A stretch of DNA of 53,604 nt. Source: a virus (Duplodnaviria > Caudoviricetes). The position numbers and the translations under genes were made by a program. The notes beneath the pieces are model-generated. The model made no database searches. It had not been told where the DNA came from and was given only the letters and a program-made list of their open reading frames with translations. Position 1 is the stretch's first letter, and each line of letters begins with the position of its first letter. Shown here piece by piece: positions 48,709-53,604 of the stretch. Location: the IMG/VR virus record IMGVR_UViG_3300031602_000004, positions 1 to 53,604 of that record. One strand, given 5' to 3'.

Positions 48709-49521
48709 TTATTTTTTATCTTTTAGCCACATGATTAATGAATTTACCTCATCTTTTAAATATGGTAGTTCATATATTTTTATATTTTCTAAAACAGGTT
48801 CTCCATTAACATGTTCATTTATAGGATAGCCAAATTTATCTTCACCCACTTGTTTAAATTTTACATGTTGTATAGTTAGTTTTCCTATCTTTAATTTAGG
48901 GTTATGCTTCTTAATAATATACGCATAAATACTCAATTGTAAATTATAATGATTTAAATTGCAATCATCTAAATGATTTAATGGTCTAAACATCTTATTA
49001 GTTATACCTTCCCAATTAGTAAACCCTTTATGTTTTATTTCTTTATTTGTTTTATAATCATTGATATTAATATACCCATTAACTATTTCTACAACATCAG
49101 CTTGACCACATATGCCTGCAGATTTAAGATAAACTAAATGTTCAGGGTATACTCCTTCTGATACCTTTTGTTCAGGAGATATCTTTATTCCTTCTTCATT
49201 TATAATAGGTTTTATAATGGGTACTTCTACACCATGTCTTCCTATTGTATTTAAACCTATCATATCATCTTCTCTTTGGTTATGATAAAAGTTTCCTAAG
49301 TCTATAGCTCTTTTTGTTTCACCATCCCACGCAGCTATAATTTCTTTAGGTGTCATACCATGCCATTTAGATCTTTTATTCTTAGATGATTTAATAGCTT
49401 GCCCATCTCTATCAAACTTAGGTTTAAATTTACCCACTAAAGATGTAACACTTACCCAAGTAATATTATCTTTATCTATACTTTCATATATATGTCCTTC
49501 CTCTTTAAATTGTAATGTCAT
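48709..49521 (-). CDS. PD-(D/E)XK nuclease (RecB/Cas4-like)
   Basis: 'SVTSL', 'PEHLVY', 'GQADVV', 'DYKTNK', 'YNLQLSIY'; start placed at MTLQF (TAATG coupling at 49521). Confidence 0.85.
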   Translation of the reverse strand: MTLQFKEEGHIYESIDKDNITWVSVTSLVGKFKPKFDRDGQAIKSSKNKRSKWHGMTPKEIIAAWDGETKRAIDLGNFYHNQREDDMIGLNTIGRHGVEVPIIKPIINEEGIKISPEQKVSEGVYPEHLVYLKSAGICGQADVVEIVNGYININDYKTNKEIKHKGFTNWEGITNKMFRPLNHLDDCNLNHYNLQLSIYAYIIKKHNPKLKIGKLTIQHVKFKQVGEDKFGYPINEHVNGEPVLENIKIYELPYLKDEVNSLIMWLKDKK

Positions 49522-49715
49522 TAGTCTAGTGTTGATGATTGATCCCACATATTACCATATAAGGGTTGTTCTTCATTTTCTGGCAACTGAATATTATAAA
49601 TTATAGTGGTGGGTTCACTACTCAATAAAGTAATTGCCTCTTCTGTTGTAATTTGTTCTTCTGTTAATAACTCTCCTATTATTTGTGCTTTAGTTAATTT
49701 ATTGCTCATTTTCAT
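49521..49715 (-). CDS. Hypothetical protein (about 64 aa)
   Basis: Small ORF tiling between neighbours; 'QITTEEAITLL'. Confidence 0.55.
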   Translation of the reverse strand: MKMSNKLTKAQIIGELLTEEQITTEEAITLLSSEPTTIIYNIQLPENEEQPLYGNMWDQSSTLD

Positions 49716-50025
49716 TTATTTGTTTTATTATTAATTCTTCAGTTTCTTCAGGTACTAATGCATCCCAATATCCTTTAGGGCATTCACTTGATAATGATCT
49801 TACTTTAAACTTTAAACTACATCCACAATCAGAACAACAAGGTTGAGTACCTGGAGCTATACAACTATCTCCTTTTGCATCAAATAAACTACAACCAATA
49901 CATATTTGAAATCTATCTGTAGCAACAGCTTCTATATGTTCTTTTCTAAATACATTATTCTTTATTCCTTCAGTTATCTGATTAATGTTTTTAAACACAG
50001 CTAAATACTTACTCCACTTTACCAT
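49699..50025 (-). CDS. Cys-rich Zn-binding protein (108 aa)
   Basis: R..ICxxC...C...CCxxCGC...K.R....CP.G.W pattern. Confidence 0.7.
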   Translation of the reverse strand: MVKWSKYLAVFKNINQITEGIKNNVFRKEHIEAVATDRFQICIGCSLFDAKGDSCIAPGTQPCCSDCGCSLKFKVRSLSSECPKGYWDALVPEETEELIIKQINENEQ

Positions 50026-50371
50026 TTTTAAACTTTTTTTTATTTAATATATCCTTTTCCATTTGTTTCATTGCTTTTTCCATTTGAACAATGTTATTTT
50101 GTATGTCTTCACTTTTTGCAAACCCAATATATGTTCTTTTAGTCAAGTTACCTAATATACTTTTATTTTTTTTTATTGCGTTCTCAAGTTTGTTTTTTCT
50201 TAAATAAAATGTACCTAATCCTTGAACATAAATTCTTGGAAATTCTAACTTAGATAACTTAGATCTTAATTTTCCATAATAGAAAGAAATAAAATCATCT
50301 ACAACAGATTCATGCACTCCTACTTCATCAGCAATACCCTTCTTAAATTCCTTATGACTCTTTGGATTCAC
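50009..50371 (-). CDS. HU/IHF-like DNA-binding protein (120 aa)
   Basis: 'IADEVGV..SVVDDFI...IYVQGLGTFYLRK' HU/IHF signature. Confidence 0.75.
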   Translation of the reverse strand: MNPKSHKEFKKGIADEVGVHESVVDDFISFYYGKLRSKLSKLEFPRIYVQGLGTFYLRKNKLENAIKKNKSILGNLTKRTYIGFAKSEDIQNNIVQMEKAMKQMEKDILNKKKFKNGKVE

Positions 50372-50723
50372 TTCCTAATATTTTATAATCAAGTAAAACT
50401 AAACCTTTGGCCTGTACATTAATCACTTTACTAATAGAAATTGTTTTTTTATTTATTCCATCTTTAGTAAGTAATTGTTTTTTTTCAGCTTTGGTAATTG
50501 CATTTCTAGCAGACTGAGGACTTTTAAATATTTCCATATCCACTAAAGTAGTACAGAACTGAGTTAACTCAATTTTATTATTCTTTGAAAGCTCCATTAA
50601 AAACTTTAAATCTGAATTACTAATCAATATGTTTTCAAAAAAACAATACGTTAATATTTGATACTTGATACATGTATCTATATCTGTTTGTAATTTAAAA
50701 TTTACTTTATTTACTATTGCCAT
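50352..50723 (-). CDS. Winged-helix (RepL-like) DNA-binding protein (123 aa)
   Basis: 'ISNSDLKFLMEL...SPQSARNAITKAEKKQLLTK' wHTH pattern; same gene order as in crAss-like phages. Confidence 0.5.
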   Translation of the reverse strand: MAIVNKVNFKLQTDIDTCIKYQILTYCFFENILISNSDLKFLMELSKNNKIELTQFCTTLVDMEIFKSPQSARNAITKAEKKQLLTKDGINKKTISISKVINVQAKGLVLLDYKILGSESKES

Positions 50724-50724
50724 T

Positions 50725-51654
50725 TTATAAACTTAATATCATATCCACTAAATCAGGGTGAGGATAACAATCTGACTTATCCTTTCTGACATTGGTATGT
50801 GTTAATAATCCTTTTACTTTTCCATAATAGGCTTCCTCTACAAATCCAAAACCTTTATGAGGTCCATATTTTTGAATGAATTGTTTTAATCCTAATCTCA
50901 CATCTATCTCATCTCTTTCACCAACCCATCTTATCCACTTTTCAGTTTCTTTAATCTGGTCATTAGTATATGCATGCCAAAAAAGATTACCTCTAAATGG
51001 TTCTTCTAATCTTATTATTTGATCTTCTTCACATTTAGAATTAACGTATGTCTTATATAAACCATCCTCATGCTTTAAATATCCCATATTGCATATTTCT
51101 AATCCTACAGAATGACGGTTCATATAACCTGATCCTGTTTTACCTAAGTGCCATCCTTGATTACCTTCTGGAAAAGCTTGAACCATAACACCATCATGAT
51201 CATTATTACCATTTCTATGATTCTTTCCACCTAGAACAAATTCTGTTGCTATTCTACCTCTTGTATCTCTACCCCAGTAATCTATACATGCATATGGATT
51301 TGAATTACCTGCAGTATGATGTAGAAAAACATATTCATTAACAATTTTATTATCAATATATTCTGATTTAGGTAAAAAGTGTTTATGAATTATTTGATCA
51401 TAACTAGTTTTATAATATTGTTGATGTAAATCAGTATCTTCATCAATTTCATCTGGAATGGAATACTCAATGTTTAAAATAAGACTCCACATTAAGTTAT
51501 CCACTATACCTGTTATAGGTAAGTTTTTATCTAATTGATATCTTTCTACAGCTTTTTCTGTCATAGGACCAAACATACCATCTTGTGATAACCCTATCTT
51601 TTTTTGAAGGGTAAGTACATCAGGGCCTTTACTGCCTTTTTTAAGCTGTCTCAT
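50725..51654 (-). CDS. Endolysin: peptidoglycan-binding domain + N-acetylmuramoyl-L-alanine amidase (Amidase_2)
   Basis: 'LKKGSKGPDV..LQ...DGMFGPMTEKAV..YQ...GIVD'; 'LHHTAG', 'WHLG', 'SVGLEI', 'HTNVRKDKSDCYP'. Confidence 0.9.
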   Translation of the reverse strand: MRQLKKGSKGPDVLTLQKKIGLSQDGMFGPMTEKAVERYQLDKNLPITGIVDNLMWSLILNIEYSIPDEIDEDTDLHQQYYKTSYDQIIHKHFLPKSEYIDNKIVNEYVFLHHTAGNSNPYACIDYWGRDTRGRIATEFVLGGKNHRNGNNDHDGVMVQAFPEGNQGWHLGKTGSGYMNRHSVGLEICNMGYLKHEDGLYKTYVNSKCEEDQIIRLEEPFRGNLFWHAYTNDQIKETEKWIRWVGERDEIDVRLGLKQFIQKYGPHKGFGFVEEAYYGKVKGLLTHTNVRKDKSDCYPHPDLVDMILSL

Positions 51655-51656
51655 AT

Positions 51657-51947
51657 CTATTTAGGATCTACTGCATTAGCCATTGCTTCTTTAAAAGCTT
51701 TGCCTTCTTCAGAATTAGGGTCTACGGCACCTTCTTTTTGGTCAGCATACTGCTGAGCCATAAACATTTGTGCTTGCATTCTTTCTGCTCTAGCTTTTTC
51801 TATAGCAGCTAATAACATCTCATAATCAGCCTGAACTTCTAAATGAGGGATGTTGTCTTTATAAAATGTTGTGATCTCTTCTCTACGTTTTGAGAGTTCC
51901 TCTTTGCTTAATTGAGGTTCTTTGTCTGATAAATCTGGATTGGTCAT
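51657..51947 (-). CDS. Hypothetical helical protein (96 aa)
   Basis: Intact ORF preceded by a TATCTTTG element. Confidence 0.65.
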   Translation of the reverse strand: MTNPDLSDKEPQLSKEELSKRREEITTFYKDNIPHLEVQADYEMLLAAIEKARAERMQAQMFMAQQYADQKEGAVDPNSEEGKAFKEAMANAVDPK

Positions 51948-51974
51948 TTGTCTAATATTTTAAATTAATATTAG

Positions 51975-51982
51975 CAAAGATA
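51975..51982 (-). promoter_or_regulatory. Bacteroidota -7 promoter element (TATCTTTG)
   Basis: Exact match, intergenic, heading the endolysin-to-portal gene run. Confidence 0.55.
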
Positions 51983-52020
51983 TAAAAAAAGTTTAAATAA
52001 AAAAAGTTTATTGGACTATT

Positions 52021-52272
52021 CTATGAAAATTTATTACGTTTAAAGATATTGATTACGGTTTCAAGCTCCGCAAAGTGGTGGAATTTTAAAGAATGACATG
52101 GAGTGGTGACATACCAACCATCATCATTATCAGCTTGATCTTTATCACCAGAAATAAATACTAGTTCCCCAAAACTTAACTCATAATAGTAATTATTTGA
52201 TACATACATATCTTCAATATGTTCTATTAAAACTTTATTAAACCCTAATTTTACTAATTCACCTTTTGTCAT
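52021..52272 (-). CDS. Hypothetical protein (83 aa)
   Basis: Intact ORF, 'ELVKLGF' N-terminus, ATGA coupling. Confidence 0.6.
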   Translation of the reverse strand: MTKGELVKLGFNKVLIEHIEDMYVSNNYYYELSFGELVFISGDKDQADNDDGWYVTTPCHSLKFHHFAELETVINIFKRNKFS

Positions 52273-52559
52273 TGTCTATATTTTAGTCTTTCATTTTCCT
52301 TCTCTACAAACTCTATTCTGACTTTAATTGATGCTAGCTCAATACTCATTGCTAACAAAGAGTTATTGCATGCATCTTTATCTGACTCAAGCTTATCTAC
52401 TCTTGCTTTTAGGTCTTCCCTATATATATTCTGTTCAGCAAGGTCTTCTTTATTCTTAACTGCTTTATTACGAATAATAAATTCATAAAACTTCCATGCT
52501 CCTGCCCCACCTAATACTGTTATTGCTGTTATTATTACTGTGAGTATATTCTCATTCAT
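52269..52559 (-). CDS. Membrane-anchored coiled-coil protein, holin-like candidate (96 aa)
   Basis: N-terminal TM 'ILTVIITAITVLGGAGAW' followed by a coiled coil; near the endolysin. Confidence 0.55.
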   Translation of the reverse strand: MNENILTVIITAITVLGGAGAWKFYEFIIRNKAVKNKEDLAEQNIYREDLKARVDKLESDKDACNNSLLAMSIELASIKVRIEFVEKENERLKYRQ

Positions 52560-52983
52560 ATCTCATTGATTTATTAAGCATTTCTTTCTTTAATTTAAAT
52601 AATACCCATATCCACATGAATGCATACCAACATGTTATTAATATATTCTTAAAATCTACCATAGTGAATGGTTCAGTATCCACAGTAGTATATACACTTA
52701 CTAAATAACGTATAGTAGAAAATAAGTATAGTATTAAGTAATAACTTATAAATCTAGATAGCCATTTTATATCATTAATGGATATAAGCATACCAATACT
52801 ACCAAAGAGGTATGCAAAGTATAACCAATACGTATTTGCTTGGCCTACGCTCTCCCAATAAGATAAATTGGTCCATAGTACTTGATTGTTTAAAAAATCA
52901 CTTACAACCCAAAAAAATAGCAATGGTTGAAAGTCAAAGTATAGTAATGTTTCCTTTACGCTATTAAAGTAACTCTTAATCAC
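52552..52983 (-). CDS. Multi-pass membrane protein (143 aa), possible holin
   Basis: About four hydrophobic aromatic-rich segments, basic C-terminal tail. Confidence 0.55.
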   Translation of the reverse strand: MIKSYFNSVKETLLYFDFQPLLFFWVVSDFLNNQVLWTNLSYWESVGQANTYWLYFAYLFGSIGMLISINDIKWLSRFISYYLILYLFSTIRYLVSVYTTVDTEPFTMVDFKNILITCWYAFMWIWVLFKLKKEMLNKSMRYE

Positions 52984-53249
52984 GGATTCACTACTTTCAA
53001 AGTGTCTATGGTAGGTATGATTCTTATGCTATCTTGACCTATTACTGTCTTCTGACTAGATGGAGACTTACGAACTATAGGATATGACTTATCAGATTCT
53101 TTAACACTATTATGAGTGTTTATTATCTTTTGTATTTTTGATGTTTTAGATACTTCTGAACAATGAGCATAACATATTAGTATTAATATTAATAAGATCC
53201 ACCCCATAAATAATTTAATAGTAATAAAGTTTTTGTCAAATTTATTCAT
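52980..53249 (-). CDS. Single-TM / possible lipoprotein (89 aa)
   Basis: Start placed at MNKFDK (TAATG at 53249); hydrophobic 'LFMGWILLILILICYAHC'. Confidence 0.45.
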   Translation of the reverse strand: MNKFDKNFITIKLFMGWILLILILICYAHCSEVSKTSKIQKIINTHNSVKESDKSYPIVRKSPSSQKTVIGQDSIRIIPTIDTLKVVNP

Positions 53250-53503
53250 TATTTTTTTGATTTTGCTCCAGAACATTTCCATCTTTTACGAGATAAGTTG
53301 TTTGGAGTATTAGGATCATTTTGTTTTTTCTTAGAAACCCTTTTCTTGATACCTAAACTTCTAGCACAATAACTATCCCCCTTAGATGTTCCAGGTTTAA
53401 CTCTAGGCCCCCCTCCTTTAGCTTTACCAGCTTGACCGTAACTTACTTTTTTACCACTCTTAGTTACTTTAACCTTTGCTTTTCCTTTTCTAGGTGTTGC
53501 CAT
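53249..53503 (-). CDS. Small very basic conserved phage protein (84 aa)
   Basis: 'KKVSYGQAG...SYCARS.G...DPNTP..LSRKRWKC' pattern. Confidence 0.65.
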   Translation of the reverse strand: MATPRKGKAKVKVTKSGKKVSYGQAGKAKGGGPRVKPGTSKGDSYCARSLGIKKRVSKKKQNDPNTPNNLSRKRWKCSGAKSKK

Positions 53504-53604
53504 TATAGTGCAGTATATACAGGTGCTCCTGCATCATCTATTGTTTGTTTGAATCTTGTACCATTTGGTGAAGTAAAGATTACTCCTTCAGATGCTGTTG
53601 TAAG
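53503..53604 (-). CDS. C-terminus of a fibre-like protein (truncated)
   Basis: ...LTTASEGVIFTSPNGTRFKQTIDDAGAPVYTAL*; the SPNGTR hairpin motif ends many phage fibre proteins; TAATG coupling. Confidence 0.6.
   Translation of the reverse strand, partial: LTTASEGVIFTSPNGTRFKQTIDDAGAPVYTAL

Noticed and set aside
48709-49521. CRISPR-Cas system suggested by the Cas4-like nuclease
   Set aside because: No repeat-spacer array, no other cas genes and no Fe-S Cys cluster pattern; solo PD-(D/E)XK nucleases are routine in this phage module.
1-53604. Stop-codon reassignment, known in some crAss-like phages
   Set aside because: Genes tile densely under the standard code. TAG (e.g. MCP, 186-aa gene) and TGA (e.g. 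groES) end genes at sensible boundaries. No suppressor tRNA was seen.
1-53604. tRNA/rRNA genes, integrase, att sites, transposases
   Set aside because: Intergenic gaps are short and explained by promoters and terminators; no such sequences or motifs recognised.

Overview
AT-rich, gene-dense fragment of a lytic tailed phage. Essentially every real gene is on the minus strand and many are translationally coupled (TAATG/ATGA overlaps). Gene content and order match the late (packaging/structural) module of a crAss-like phage (Crassvirales-type podovirus). A Bacteroidota host, probably flavobacterial, is inferred from TAnnTTTG promoter elements and A-rich, Shine-Dalgarno-free start regions. In transcription order (right to left): fibre C-terminus, membrane/lysis genes and a PG-binding amidase, wHTH, HU/IHF-like, Zn-finger, PD-(D/E)XK nuclease, GroES, large terminase, portal, scaffold-like protein, major capsid protein, ring/auxiliary capsid/hub proteins, two repeat-rich fibres, a Cys-rich FN3+vWA appendage pair, a metallophosphoesterase cassette, an IHF-like protein, two ring proteins, the muzzle/stabiliser, and five large putative ejected cargo proteins (the last is truncated and missing from the ORF track). 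The most notable signal is a short motif (K-x-GG-x-LPKAQ-x-G) recurring across three cargo proteins. It divides a 1881-aa protein into modules resembling a zincin protease, a pre-toxin-TG/GNAT-like unit and a lytic transglycosylase. There is also a second promoter-like motif (TATATTA-N4-TATAGT) heading structural transcription units, and a sharp split between Cys-free cargo and Cys-rich outer tail proteins. Family assignments come from motif recognition and synteny only; no searches were run.
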